Notes: generated by a model not told the origin, from the letters alone. A DNA stretch of 64,000 nucleotides from an archaeon (GCA_043826135.1 JBDRQT010000059.1:31359-95358), one strand, 5' to 3'. Positions 18,601 to 32,498 are shown, counted from the stretch's first letter. Translations and numbers: made by a program.

Positions 18601-19687
18601 GCCTATGATTATATGCCAGGACGAAAACATAGTTGAAAAATCAATTGCAAACAGCTGCGCTGAACATGATAATACTGCATCATGCATCACTGATGATAGC
18701 TACAAAACTATAGAAGATTGCGGAAATGGCGACTGCACAAGCTATACCAATATGAATCCACTGACACTTGAATTTGTTGCTGACGGAGGGACTTGTGAAG
18801 ATATATCAGCACCTGTATGCGCTCCGGATGTGTCTCCATCAGATTTCTGCATAAACAGCGAAATACTGTCCCAGGTCTACTGCGCAGCAGAAGGCCATTC
18901 ATTCCAGGAATTTGACTGCAACTCGCTGAATGGATGCTATGATGTTCAGATAGAACGATGCGCAAATTGCAGGCAGCCTGACGGAAGCTGCGAAAAAACT
19001 GATTGCTCATTTACCGGAAAAGTATATAGAGATTATTCATGCGGAGCAGGCGTCTGCTCAGCAAGCGACTCAGCACTGATCGACATTGACCATGATATGA
19101 TAGATGACAGATGCGACACCTGCATTGATGCTGACCAAGATAAAACGTGTGATGATACTGATAATTGCAAAGGAGTGTATAATCCAAGCCAGGTAGATAC
19201 TGACAGAAATGGTCTAGGAGATGCATGCAGCGATGATAAGGATGGAGATGGTTATCAAGGAACTATTGACTGCAACGACTGGAACGCAAAGATAAACCCC
19301 GGCGCAGCAGAAATCAAGAACAATGGTATAGATGATGACTGCAATGCTAATACTGAAGATAAAGGGACATATAGCGCAAGAGAAGCACTGTATGTAGACC
19401 TGCTTTATGATGAGTCTCAGATTAAGCCAGGCGATATGTTTGATGTAGTTGTTTCTGTCACGAACAATGACATGACTACCTTAAAAGATGTGCAGATACT
19501 GGTAAGCATACCCGGGATGCAGGCAAAGCAGACAAAACTCATCCAAACTTTAAAATCCGGCGAGACCGGAAAGAAAGTGTTTAGTATAGAGATGCCTAAT
19601 GACCTTAGCAGGTATGAATACTTGAGGGTTGCAGTGAGTGACAACACCTACAAAAGAACTATTTATAGAGAAATAAGGTTGAAGTAA
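15671..19687 (+). CDS. giant secreted cysteine-rich modular surface protein (adhesin-like)
   Basis: 1338 aa. Signal peptide MKKTTPLLMLCLLILTSFAAAMTA. Two 116-aa Cys-rich repeats with CGDGxxQxPEExCD motifs. DUF11-like domain (ELIKTDSPDPVIVGQELVYGITVENIGTADCTG). Six to eight 4-Cys modules of about 47 aa. Thrombospondin-type-3-like Ca-binding Asp repeats (DTDRNGLGDACSDDKDGDGY). DCNDxNAxINPGAxExxNGIDDDCN metal-binding-type motif. CARDB-like C-terminal domain. Confidence 0.8.
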   Translation: MKKTTPLLMLCLLILTSFAAAMTATTTYTSATSFKSSSYLCADNSCNSMTAYQNNGPSTNHVMSYSAAAAPVTWIVFHYDPNSCVVPRFTREYFPSNINYGNLNYPLTFSKTDSSICGSMVESISKNSANIIQPGTLVTVNANLRSAWDEQISWLQYIPSELDQYYNSKVNVFYKVYKNDVNTVVYQSTESVLINWNEQYNAHFSYAPTEPGTYIYEISTNMFDDCKCAQPSNVKNAQITVTVPQPYCGDSICNDGNDKTCEPNGATKDDICTSNVDSGDLTDGICRTTGTNQCTYCGDGDLQTPEETCDYNVDIENPDYVPGCRDSGDYACTFCGDGIRQSIEQCDYAIDSNCDQTCNWIPICGDSICNDGNDKTCEPDGATKDDICTDNVDTGDLSNDVCRTTGPHECTYCGDGVKQTPEETCDYNVDIENPDYVPGCRDSGDYACTFCGDGIVQPPEECDWLNDNECDHTCHYNKCEIELIKTDSPDPVIVGQELVYGITVENIGTADCTGGGVLLEEHYPSELEFLFADPESISDDNVWNFGTLHPGDREVVFIHTRVKSDTSCPSTILNEACVWADQIPDWQCTEESTDIICPPCTDECSSGEFTCSGSDLWECGNYDDDSCTEYHVVTDCNSETIGQEYDICSGDTLETYHDLTTGFCNAETDSCDTETTAVKVSDHSCSGETILNTYDVCESDSLVTYNTVESGFCNVDACDSSTDEVKVADHDCSGENIVGTHSVCEGDNLATYNDIETGICNVDACDVTASTEKVTEENCYYHTLDTSYNICEGNSLAEYQSDETGFCNDDELICDTTQNLVKIGETDCNFEETGDINKVCEDGYLNEYQDVVSGVCNIDACVSVNSQVKITEENCNYVHDGETYSVCEEGSSVSYKDTETGFCDSGELACDSSMTTEKIDTIDCESTSCITTQFCKNNDVYENTDCIAKGCDDQTGLCYSEDTAAEVLVDDCGDDLQPMIICQDENIVEKSIANSCAEHDNTASCITDDSYKTIEDCGNGDCTSYTNMNPLTLEFVADGGTCEDISAPVCAPDVSPSDFCINSEILSQVYCAAEGHSFQEFDCNSLNGCYDVQIERCANCRQPDGSCEKTDCSFTGKVYRDYSCGAGVCSASDSALIDIDHDMIDDRCDTCIDADQDKTCDDTDNCKGVYNPSQVDTDRNGLGDACSDDKDGDGYQGTIDCNDWNAKINPGAAEIKNNGIDDDCNANTEDKGTYSAREALYVDLLYDESQIKPGDMFDVVVSVTNNDMTTLKDVQILVSIPGMQAKQTKLIQTLKSGETGKKVFSIEMPNDLSRYEYLRVAVSDNTYKRTIYREIRLK
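16412..17107 (+). repeat. tandem duplication, 2 x 348 bp (116 aa), inside the giant surface-protein gene
   Basis: Units 16412..16759 and 16760..17107 both encode CGDSICNDGNDKTCEP(N/D)GATKDDICT...CGDG...; they include an 89-nt tract (16595..16683 vs 16943..17031) with only 2 mismatches. Confidence 0.85.
17576..18585 (+). repeat. array of about 141-147-bp degenerate coding repeats (4-Cys modules)
   Basis: Repeated protein pattern C-x(10-12)-C-E/S-x-D/G-x-L-x-x-Y-x(5)-G-F/I/V-C-N-x-D/E-x-C-D...K-V/I-x-E/D, e.g. CSGETILNTYDVCESDSLVTYNTVESGFCNVDACDSSTDEVKVADHD. Confidence 0.7.
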
Positions 19688-19718
19688 CTCATTTCATTTA
19701 ATTTATTATTTCTAATGC

Positions 19719-19727
19719 TTTTTTTTT
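19719..19727 (+). terminator. oligo-T tract, candidate archaeal terminator after the surface-protein gene
   Basis: Run of 9 T starting 32 nt after the stop codon at 19687. Confidence 0.35.
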
Positions 19728-19854
19728 GAATCTTTGAATCTTTAATTAATCTGAAGGAAATTTGCAAATAGATGCATAGGAGATTGTTTCTTTTAGAAAT
19801 CCGACATATTTAGCAAATCAACCTTTTCCAATTGAAAAAAGAAGAAAAGAAAAA

Positions 19855-20466
19855 TTATTCAAACAATCCTTTCACATCAGGAGCATTCTCGCTTCCGGAC
19901 TGGCTTTCAAAGTAATCCCTTTGCGAAAATCCGAACATTCCAGCAATGATATTAGAAGGAAACCTTCTGATCTTTGTGTTCAAGGTTCTGACAGCATTAT
20001 TGAAATTGTCTCTTTCAATCTTTATCCTGTTTTCTGTCCCTTCAAGCTGCGCCTGCAGATCCAGATAGTTTTCATTGGCTTTTAGATTTGGATATGCTTC
20101 TACAACAACTAAGAGTCGCGCTAGCGCAGAATTCATCTCATCGCCAGCTGCTGAAAGCTCTGCCGGAGTTTTGGCTGAACCAACACTTGCCCTTGCCTGA
20201 GTTATCTGAGTTAAGACGTCTCCTTCATAATCACTATATGCCTTGACAGTTGCAACCAAATTTGGTATCAAATCTGCCCGTCTCTGATATGCTGACTGAA
20301 CAGCTCCCCATGCGGTATTTGTATTTTCGTCCAGGCCGACAAATGAATTGTAGGTTCCTGCAACCCAAAGTCCAACCATCAATGCAATAACAATCAATAC
20401 TGCAAATGCTCCTAGGAAATAACCCCAAACTGGAAATTTATTTTGTTTTTGTTTTTTTGCCATCAT
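19855..20466 (-). CDS. lemA: LemA family membrane protein
   Basis: YNSFVGLDENTNTAWGAVQSAYQRRADLIPNLVATVKAY...RIKIERDNFNNAVRTLNTKIRRFPSNIIAGMFGF is the canonical LemA pattern; start moved from 20481 to the ATG at 20466, which is preceded by AGGTGA. Confidence 0.85.
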   Translation of the reverse strand: MMAKKQKQNKFPVWGYFLGAFAVLIVIALMVGLWVAGTYNSFVGLDENTNTAWGAVQSAYQRRADLIPNLVATVKAYSDYEGDVLTQITQARASVGSAKTPAELSAAGDEMNSALARLLVVVEAYPNLKANENYLDLQAQLEGTENRIKIERDNFNNAVRTLNTKIRRFPSNIIAGMFGFSQRDYFESQSGSENAPDVKGLFE

Positions 20467-20620
20467 TTTCACCTTTTGCATAAGCAGCTAGTTTTTCTAT
20501 CTCTTTATCATCCAGCCACATGCCGCTACATTTATCGCAAACATCGATAATTACATCTTTCTTTTTAATCTTTTTCATATTGATATTGCATCTTGGACAT
20601 TTTAATAGTACTTCTTTCAT
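20438..20620 (-). CDS. small zinc-ribbon protein (TFIIB-type zf, CxxC...CxxC)
   Basis: 60 aa; CPRCNINM...CDKCSGMWLDDKEIEKL; sits 3 nt after the TPM gene and overlaps the lemA start. Confidence 0.6.
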   Translation of the reverse strand: MKEVLLKCPRCNINMKKIKKKDVIIDVCDKCSGMWLDDKEIEKLAAYAKGENDGKKTKTK

Positions 20621-20623
20621 ATT

Positions 20624-21367
20624 CTACCACCTTCCACCCGCGCCACCTCCTCCAAATGATCCTCCTCCAAACCCGCCAAATCCACCGCCACCGAAGCCAC
20701 CGCCTGAACCGCCTTTGCCACCTTTCATCATCTGGCTAATAAGCCAGGCCGCGGTAAAGTAATCTTCATTTTTTCTAAGCCTTTTTGGTGTTTTGCCCTT
20801 GCTTGCCGCAACAATTATCAAAATTGCAATTATCACCAGTATAATAAAAATCGTAATTCCGGTTGCCAGCCCATCAGGCCTTGGGTCTTCATAATATCTT
20901 GATTCTGTGTTGTTTGCAAGAATATCTCTTACTGCAGTGCTTGCTTCAATTATCCCTATCCCATAGTCTCCTGCCTTGAAATTTGGCTCTATGTATTTTC
21001 TTCCGATCCTTGCCATGATTATATCGGGAAGTACATCTTCAATCCCTCTTCCGACCTCAAATCTGTACTGCCTGTCCTGCAGCGCGACAAGGAGGAGGAG
21101 GCCGTTATTTTTTGATGCATCACCAAGATTCCCTTCTGCAAGCTTGTATGAATAGCCTTCGATATCTGAACCATTCAGCGAATCTACGATGACTATAGCA
21201 TACTCCGCAGTGCCGCTGTCGTATATCTCCTTTAGGATGGATTCAATTTGCGTTGCATCTTCTGAATTAACAGCTCCAGTATAATCGTTAAGGAAGTATT
21301 TGGCTTCAGGGGTTGCTGCTGTCAAGAATATAATACATAGAAAAAATAAAGCAACACTTGATTTCAT
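20624..21367 (-). CDS. TPM-domain (YgcG-like) membrane protein with Gly-rich tail
   Basis: 247 aa; signal peptide; TPM-like core (YAIVIVDSL...NNGLLLLVALQDRQYRFEVGRGIEDVLPD); TM helix; C-terminal GGKGGSGGGFGGGGFGGFGGGSFGGGGAGG. Confidence 0.8.
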   Translation of the reverse strand: MKSSVALFFLCIIFLTAATPEAKYFLNDYTGAVNSEDATQIESILKEIYDSGTAEYAIVIVDSLNGSDIEGYSYKLAEGNLGDASKNNGLLLLVALQDRQYRFEVGRGIEDVLPDIIMARIGRKYIEPNFKAGDYGIGIIEASTAVRDILANNTESRYYEDPRPDGLATGITIFIILVIIAILIIVAASKGKTPKRLRKNEDYFTAAWLISQMMKGGKGGSGGGFGGGGFGGFGGGSFGGGGAGGRW

Positions 21368-21405
21368 AAATATATTTAGGAGGATAGGATTATTAAATAT
21401 ATCGG

Positions 21406-22122
21406 TTACTCGTTGTAATAGTACGGCATTCCTGCCTTGTCAATTTCCGCGGCCTTAATAAGTGAATCATACTCAGCGGATAAAAGAGGACCATACTTTT
21501 GTATGTGCTTGGATATTAGATCCTCTTTTGCTCCAGGTCCATATAATTCTGGATGAAGAAGTGCAAGAGTTTGAATACCTGTTGCGTCTCCTCTCTTGAA
21601 GAGGCCCCATCTTTTATGAACAAATCCTGCAACATTTGCATCGTGACCATCATATGGTTGTGTATAAACAGGAGGAGAAAACTGAGTCAACTGGCCTTCA
21701 TCATCTCCTGTAATAATTATAATTGGCAAATCTGGAAACAAAGAATTTATTGTGTTGACTGCTGAATTTCCATGGATATTTACCATCTGACGATTGATAA
21801 GCAAAATATCCAGACCACTTTTTGCAAAGGCTATCGCATCCATACCATCCCATCCTACATGCAAAACATAAGGGCTATCATGCACAAAAATGTAACTATC
21901 TTGTCTCTTGTAATCTGAATTAGGTTTCAGAAATTCTGCCATATCCCAATCCATATCAGTAAAGAAGGGTTGGTCTTCATGCCTCTTAAAAGGTTCAAGA
22001 TCAATTGCCTTGAAACTTATACCAGCGCACCCATATTCTTTTCCAGCATTCAAGATTGACCACAGATTCCTAACTCTCTCATCAGTCTGGTCATCCACAA
22101 TTGCAATATGAATCTCATCCAT
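21406..22122 (-). CDS. hypothetical protein with divergent receiver (REC)-like pattern
   Basis: 238 aa; HIAIVDDQ (beta1 acidic pair), DILLINRQM (beta3, Asn where the phospho-Asp is expected), PDLPIIIITGDDE (beta4 Thr), GFVHKRWG (beta5 Lys); insertion of about 50 aa between beta2 and beta3. Confidence 0.4.
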   Translation of the reverse strand: MDEIHIAIVDDQTDERVRNLWSILNAGKEYGCAGISFKAIDLEPFKRHEDQPFFTDMDWDMAEFLKPNSDYKRQDSYIFVHDSPYVLHVGWDGMDAIAFAKSGLDILLINRQMVNIHGNSAVNTINSLFPDLPIIIITGDDEGQLTQFSPPVYTQPYDGHDANVAGFVHKRWGLFKRGDATGIQTLALLHPELYGPGAKEDLISKHIQKYGPLLSAEYDSLIKAAEIDKAGMPYYYNE

Positions 22123-22147
22123 AAATAATGGTTCGATTTAACTATAT

Positions 22148-22558
22148 TTAAAGATAGCCCAATTTCCTGAAAAGCTTGATAGAAGGCTCGCAAATATCTA
22201 ATTCTTTGAGCATTGATCTTGAAACCCACTTGAGCTGCTCAATATCATCACCTGCTTTTGCGTCTCCTGATTTATACTGCGCCCTAAATGTCAGATATAT
22301 ATAATGCGTCATCTCTCCGTGCTTATCTTCTGCAAAATCTTCGTCAAAGAAAACTCTCTCAGGCTCAGTCACTTCAATATTTGCCTCTTCCATTATCTCT
22401 CTTCTGAGAGCATCTTCGATCTTTTCATCAGGAAGATTGACTCCGCCTCCTAAAATAAGCCATTTGTTCGGATATGGAGCCTGGTCTTTTTTTTTCTTTC
22501 CGAAGAGCAAAAAATCGCCTTTCTCTATCACTGCACTCACTACAACGCGGCTTTTCAT
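22148..22558 (-). CDS. NUDIX hydrolase
   Basis: 136 aa with Nudix box GGGVNLPDEKIEDALRREIMEEANIEV (GX5EX7REUXEEXGU). Confidence 0.85.
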   Translation of the reverse strand: MKSRVVVSAVIEKGDFLLFGKKKKDQAPYPNKWLILGGGVNLPDEKIEDALRREIMEEANIEVTEPERVFFDEDFAEDKHGEMTHYIYLTFRAQYKSGDAKAGDDIEQLKWVSRSMLKELDICEPSIKLFRKLGYL

Positions 22559-22650
22559 AATAATTTGTAAATTGACCAGATTTAAATAACATTAGTGTTT
22601 GTCATTTTTGTCACACTAAATTTATAAATTTCAGAGACCTGCTTCTTGTT

Positions 22651-23526
22651 ATGTATCACAGTAATGCAGACCAATCTTTTCCAGTAAGATATATTTCAGA
22701 TATAGCGAGGACTGCAGATCTTGACAGAGAGACATTCTTCAGACAACCTGATTACAGGCCCAGTCGTATTCATTATCGTATAACACCATGCTATATCAGG
22801 GCTTTTATGCAAGTGCCTAAACCAAATATATATGTTGGCTCATCCAGCCTTGAAAGATATTTTTTAAGAAATCGGATGAGTGGAAGCATAAATCTTGAAT
22901 ATGCAGTCACTTCGAGTTATGCTGCAGCCTCTGACTATAATTCCCTTTTCATAACTTCTGCAGTTATCCATTCCCCTGAAATCTTCCTTTTGCCCGGACG
23001 GCCTGAGACGGAATTTATCGAGAATATCTCGCCGCGAATCAAGAAAACCATCGGGATGATCTTCAAGCTCACGATGGAACAGGAGTTTCCAGAAGATATA
23101 CTTATCTCTGTCCTTGATGAGATACTGCTTGAAAAAGAGCATAGCAAGCATTCAAGAACGTGGAGCAATTCGATCCAGGGCTTTGCAATAAACAGGAAGC
23201 ATCTCAGTGATTTCTCTTCTGTCTTTGTCAGGCAGAATCCTTTAGATATGCTGCTTCTCACCATCGGTCATGAGATAGGCCACTGCATGTCAGTCTCATG
23301 TGATGATCCTGTCCAGGAAGAAGCAAAAGCTTTCGCGTTCGAGATCGCATGGATGAACACTATACATAAGTTCAACATACTAAACCTGAGAGATTGCCTT
23401 GATATGGACGCACTGAGACCTGAGAAAAACGGGCTGCATGATGTGGCTCTTGATCATGTCAGAAAAATGCTTTTTGACAAGACACCCATTGAAATATTCA
23501 AGGAAATATGTGATTCAATTGATTGA
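22651..23526 (+). CDS. putative zinc metallopeptidase (HEXXH) of unknown family
   Basis: 291 aa; LLLTIGHEIGHCM with downstream acidic EEAKAFAFE; otherwise unrecognised. Confidence 0.45.
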   Translation: MYHSNADQSFPVRYISDIARTADLDRETFFRQPDYRPSRIHYRITPCYIRAFMQVPKPNIYVGSSSLERYFLRNRMSGSINLEYAVTSSYAAASDYNSLFITSAVIHSPEIFLLPGRPETEFIENISPRIKKTIGMIFKLTMEQEFPEDILISVLDEILLEKEHSKHSRTWSNSIQGFAINRKHLSDFSSVFVRQNPLDMLLLTIGHEIGHCMSVSCDDPVQEEAKAFAFEIAWMNTIHKFNILNLRDCLDMDALRPEKNGLHDVALDHVRKMLFDKTPIEIFKEICDSID

Positions 23527-23656
23527 TCACCCATTTCCGGACACAATTAAGGTTATGCATGTGCCAATTAGATTATTTAGTGAGAGATTTGCTTCCAACT
23601 CATTAATAGATTGTTTCTTTTAGAAATTCAAAAATTATTGAATTTTTAAGCATTAT

Positions 23657-24997
23657 TTAGTATTCTAGTTCAGGGTATAAAGGAAACCTGCTGCTGAGTT
23701 CTAGAACTTCCTTTCTTATTTCTTCAACTACTTTTGATTGAACAATCTGCCCCCTAAATCTCTCAAGATTCACTTTCCTTTCTTCCTGTGTCTCACCCAG
23801 TTCATACCCCTTTATCTCACCGATCATTCTTGCGATCATTCCAGCTATGAGAGTCATCTCAGACTCTTTCATTCCTCTTGAAGTAAGTGCAGGAGTACCT
23901 AGCCTAACACCGCTGGGGTAGAATGGCGAAGATGGATCCGTGGCTATTGTATTCTTGTTCATTGTGATATTTGCAAGATCCAAAGCTTCCTGCAAGAATA
24001 TGCCTTTTCCTTTGCCATAAGGCGTCAGATCGATCAAAAGAAGATGATTATCTGTTCCTCCTGTGACTAGCTTCACTCCACTTTTTGTAAGCGCATTTCC
24101 AAGCGCTTTTGCATTTTTAACTATCTGTTTTCCATATTTTATGAATTCAGGCGTTGCAGCTTCTTTGAGGCTCACAGCAATCGCTGCAGTCTGATGGTCA
24201 TGCGGCCCTCCCTGAAGACCAGGAAAAATCGCTTTGTCAATCTTGCTGCCGAGTTCTGAATCTTTCTTAAGACCTTTTTCAGTCGCAAAAATCATCCCTC
24301 CTCTAGGCCCTCTAAGAGTCTTATGAGTTGTTGTTGTGACAATATGTGCGTATGGAACAGGACTTTTATGTACTCCGGCAATAACCAGGCCTGCAATATG
24401 TGCTATGTCTGCTGCAAAAAATGCACCGCATTCATCAGCAATCTTACCGAACTCTTCAAAAGGAAATTCTCTTGGATAGGCTGTAGCACCTGCCCATATA
24501 AGTTTTGGCTTGTGCAGAAGTGCCAGCCTTCTGACTTCTTCCAAATCAATATAACCATCAGGCTTAACATGGTAGGGGACACTATTATAGAACATTGCAG
24601 TAGCAGAAACTTTCCATCCATGGGTCAGATGGCCTCCGTCCGGAAGATTCATCCCCATGATTGTATCACCTGGCTTGCAGACTGCAAGATACACAGCAAG
24701 GTTTGCAGGGCTTCCTGAGTATGGTTGGACATTTGCATGCGGAACAATAAACAATTTTTTTGCTCTATCAATTGCCAGTAGCTCAACCTCATCAATATTT
24801 TGGTTGCCGCCATAATATCTTTTTTTAGGGTATCCTTCTGAATATTTATTTGTGAGAACTGATCCAAGTGCTTCCAATACAGCTCGAGAAACGAAATTCT
24901 CAGAGGGAATCATCTCAAGGCCTTCTTTTTGCCTTTTCAGCTCTTTTACAAGTATTGCATATGTCTCAAAATCTGATTTTTTGATATGTTCAAGCAT
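23657..24997 (-). CDS. glyA: serine hydroxymethyltransferase
   Basis: [36 protein letters not shown] (PLP lysine) motifs; start placed at ATG 24997 ([10 protein letters not shown]...) preceded by GGTGG; the ORF-track extension to 25141 would run into carA. Confidence 0.9.
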   Translation of the reverse strand: MLEHIKKSDFETYAILVKELKRQKEGLEMIPSENFVSRAVLEALGSVLTNKYSEGYPKKRYYGGNQNIDEVELLAIDRAKKLFIVPHANVQPYSGSPANLAVYLAVCKPGDTIMGMNLPDGGHLTHGWKVSATAMFYNSVPYHVKPDGYIDLEEVRRLALLHKPKLIWAGATAYPREFPFEEFGKIADECGAFFAADIAHIAGLVIAGVHKSPVPYAHIVTTTTHKTLRGPRGGMIFATEKGLKKDSELGSKIDKAIFPGLQGGPHDHQTAAIAVSLKEAATPEFIKYGKQIVKNAKALGNALTKSGVKLVTGGTDNHLLLIDLTPYGKGKGIFLQEALDLANITMNKNTIATDPSSPFYPSGVRLGTPALTSRGMKESEMTLIAGMIARMIGEIKGYELGETQEERKVNLERFRGQIVQSKVVEEIRKEVLELSSRFPLYPELEY

Positions 24998-25122
24998 TTT
25001 ACCACCAATGATTTCATAATCTGGATGGTTTAAAAAGATTATGACATAAAAAAGAAAAAACTTCTGTATTACTGATGAATGAATACTTTTATAAATCCCC
25101 TCCTTTTTATATTTATTTTTAG

Positions 25123-26192
25123 ATGATAGAAAGGAAGGCAAAACTCATTCTTCAAGATGGCTCTTCTTTTGAGGGTTTTTCATTTGGCTTTGAAAAAAGC
25201 ATAGCAGGTGAGGTAGTTTTTAACACAGGAATGGTCGGATACCCTGAGACACTTACTGACCCATCATATCACGGACAGATACTGACTCTTGCATATCCTC
25301 TCATTGGCAATTATGGCATTCCTGAGAATGAGTTAGATGAACACGGGCTTCACAGGAACTTTGAATCTGACAAAATCCAGATCAAGGCCTTAATCATATC
25401 TGATTATTCAAAAGCGCACAGCCACTGGAACTCAAAAAAATCCCTTTCAGACTGGCTTGTAGAAAACAGGATTCCTGCTCTGTGCGGGATTGACACCAGA
25501 AAACTAACTATCAAGCTTAGGGAACACGGTGTCATGCTCGGAAAGATAATATTTGATGATTATGTGGATTTTTTTGATCCAAACAATGAAAATCTTGTAG
25601 CTCGCGTATCTGCATTAGGAACTAAAACATATGGAGATGGGAAACATAAAGTCCTTCTTATTGATTGCGGCGCAAAAAACAATATCATTCGAAGCCTCAT
25701 CAAAAGAGACTGCAGTGTGACAAGAGTCCCTTGGGATCACGATTTTTTTGAGAAAGGTTTTGAATATGACGGCATATTTATATCAAATGGACCCGGCGAC
25801 CCAAAGATGTGCACATCAACAATATCAAATTTGAGGCTCGCCATGTCAAAAAATATTCCGATAATGGGAATATGCCTTGGAAATCAATTGCTTGCGCTTG
25901 CTGCCGGCGCTGATACATATAAACTAAAATATGGCCACAGGAGCCAGAACCAGCCTTGCATTGATATTGAAACAGGAAGATGCTATATAACAAGCCAGAA
26001 TCATGGCTACTCAATAAAAGAAGATACGATTCCAAATGGCTGGAAAAAATGGTTTGTGAATGCTAATGATGATACAGTAGAAGGTATCAAACACGTAAAT
26101 AAACCATTCTTTTCAGTTCAGTTTCATCCGGAAGCCACACCCGGACCCGTAGATACTGCATTTGTATTTGATAAATTTATCGAGGAGATGAA

Positions 26193-26196
<4 letters not shown>
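25123..26196 (+). CDS. carA: carbamoyl-phosphate synthase small (glutaminase) subunit
   Basis: [31 protein letters not shown] (Cys nucleophile), QFHPEA (His-Glu). Confidence 0.93.
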
Positions 26197-30778
<4,582 letters not shown>

Positions 30779-30782
<4 letters not shown>

Positions 30783-31693
30783 AAACCAACATAAAACTCT
30801 GCAACATGGAAATGGACAACCCCACTATTCTTGCGTCAGGGATACTTGGTGTCACTGCTGCAAGCCTAAAATTCTGCGCTGACAATGGTGCAGGAGCAGT
30901 CACAATAAAATCAATAACAAAGGAACCTAGAATTGGGCATCCTCAACCGATAGTCCATTTCTATGAAGGTGGGCTTATGAATGCAGTGGGTTACTCTAAT
31001 CCTGGTTTTGCTGAAGCATTAGGTGAGTTTGAAGAACTGGGTAGTGTCGGTGCACCTGTAATAGGCAGTATTGTTGCAAAGGACGCTGAAGAATTCGCAT
31101 TCCTTGCTGAGTATTTTGCAGATAAGTTAAAATTTGCAGCTCTTGAGATCCCTTTATCCTGCCCCCACACTCCTGGCTTTGGAACAATGGCAGGCCACAG
31201 CTCACCTGAAGCAACTTATGAAATAACTGCTGCAATTAAAGATGCAACAAAACTTCCGGTCATCATCAAACTTTCTCCAAACGTTAATAATATCGGTGCA
31301 GTGGCAAAGTCTGCCGAAGAAGCAGGGGCAGATGCAATATGTGCAGTCAATACTCTTGGTCCGGGAATGCTCATCGATACAGACAGCAAAAAAAGAATTC
31401 TTGGTTTTGGTATGGGCGGCCTGTCCGGTGAAGCGATAAAACCGATTGCCATAAGAACAGTTTATGATATCTATAAATTTGTCGATATCCCAATTATCGG
31501 CACTGGAGGCGTAGCAAGCGGAGATGATGCAGTCCAGATGATGATGGCAGGAGCATCTGCAGTTGGCATTGGAACCGCAGTGCTTACAAGAGGCGCCAAT
31601 GTCTTCAAGCTAGTGACTGAAGAGATGAAAGAATACATGGAGAAAAATGGATATTCTAAAGTTAGTGATTTAAAGGGGCTGGCGCATGAGTGA
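30779..31693 (+). CDS. pyrD: dihydroorotate dehydrogenase, class 1B catalytic subunit
   Basis: NPTILASG, MNAVGYSNPG, EIPLSCPHT, GGLSGEAIKPIA, IIGTGGV motifs. Confidence 0.9.
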
Positions 31694-32498
31694 CATAAAT
31701 GCAGTTTTCATTAAAAAAAGCAAGATACTTGAAGTGCACGATGAAGCATCAAATATCAAAACATTCGTGCTTCATGGAAATCTGAATTCAAGGCCAGGCC
31801 AATTTGTCATGTTATATATTCCTGGTCTAAACGAAAGGCCATTTTCTATATATGAAGACAATAAGGATAAATTTTCCGTGACCGTTGCAAGACTTGGAGA
31901 ATTCACTTCTAAACTTTTTGAACTCAAATCTGGCGACTTCATATCCTATTATGGCCCATTCGGAAAGCCGTTTGAAATAACAGGTAAGCATATCGCACTG
32001 GTAGGCGGAGGATATGGCAGCGCACCGCTCACATATTTGGCTAAGGAAGCGCTTAAAATAGGAATTAAATCTGAACTTATCATCGGAGCAAGAACAAAAG
32101 ATCTCTTGCTTTATCAGCAGAAAGAATATGCAAAAGGCATCATAAGGCATTATTGCACTGATGACGGCTCCTTTGGCTTCAAAGGATTTATCACTATTAA
32201 ACTAAAGGATCTGCTTGAAACAGACAAGACAATTGATATGATATATACTGTTGGACCTGAACTTATGATGAAAAAAGTTGTTGAAATATCTGATGAGTTT
32301 AATATCAGCTGCCAGATCTCCCTAGAGAGGTACATGAAATGCGGCTACGGCATATGCGGAAGCTGTTCTGTTGATCCCATGGGTATAAGGATGTGCATGG
32401 AAGGGCCCTGCATAAATAAAGAACTTGCAAAAAAGGTTACTGAATTCGGAAAATATCATCGGGATGGAAGCGGTAAGAAGATATATTTTGGAAAATGA
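31686..32498 (+). CDS. pyrK: dihydroorotate dehydrogenase electron-transfer subunit (FAD, 2Fe-2S)
   Basis: RPGQFVMLYIPGLNERPFSI (FAD binding) and C-terminal CGYGICGSCSV...C cluster; 8-nt overlap with pyrD. Confidence 0.88.
   Translation: MSDINAVFIKKSKILEVHDEASNIKTFVLHGNLNSRPGQFVMLYIPGLNERPFSIYEDNKDKFSVTVARLGEFTSKLFELKSGDFISYYGPFGKPFEITGKHIALVGGGYGSAPLTYLAKEALKIGIKSELIIGARTKDLLLYQQKEYAKGIIRHYCTDDGSFGFKGFITIKLKDLLETDKTIDMIYTVGPELMMKKVVEISDEFNISCQISLERYMKCGYGICGSCSVDPMGIRMCMEGPCINKELAKKVTEFGKYHRDGSGKKIYFGK

Noticed and set aside
20520-20762. 80-aa plus-strand ORF with a striking proline-rich run (PPAPPPPNDPPPNPPNPPPPKPPPEPPLPP)
   Set aside because: It is the antisense reading of the Gly-rich (GGN codon) tail of the TPM-domain gene, so the CCN proline codons are a mirror artefact. 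It has no independent start context.
24998-25141. N-terminal 48-aa extension of the glyA ORF
   Set aside because: The extension is hydrophobic and unlike SHMT, it overlaps the carA start, and the internal ATG at 24997 has a GGTGG SD and gives a canonical SHMT N-terminus.
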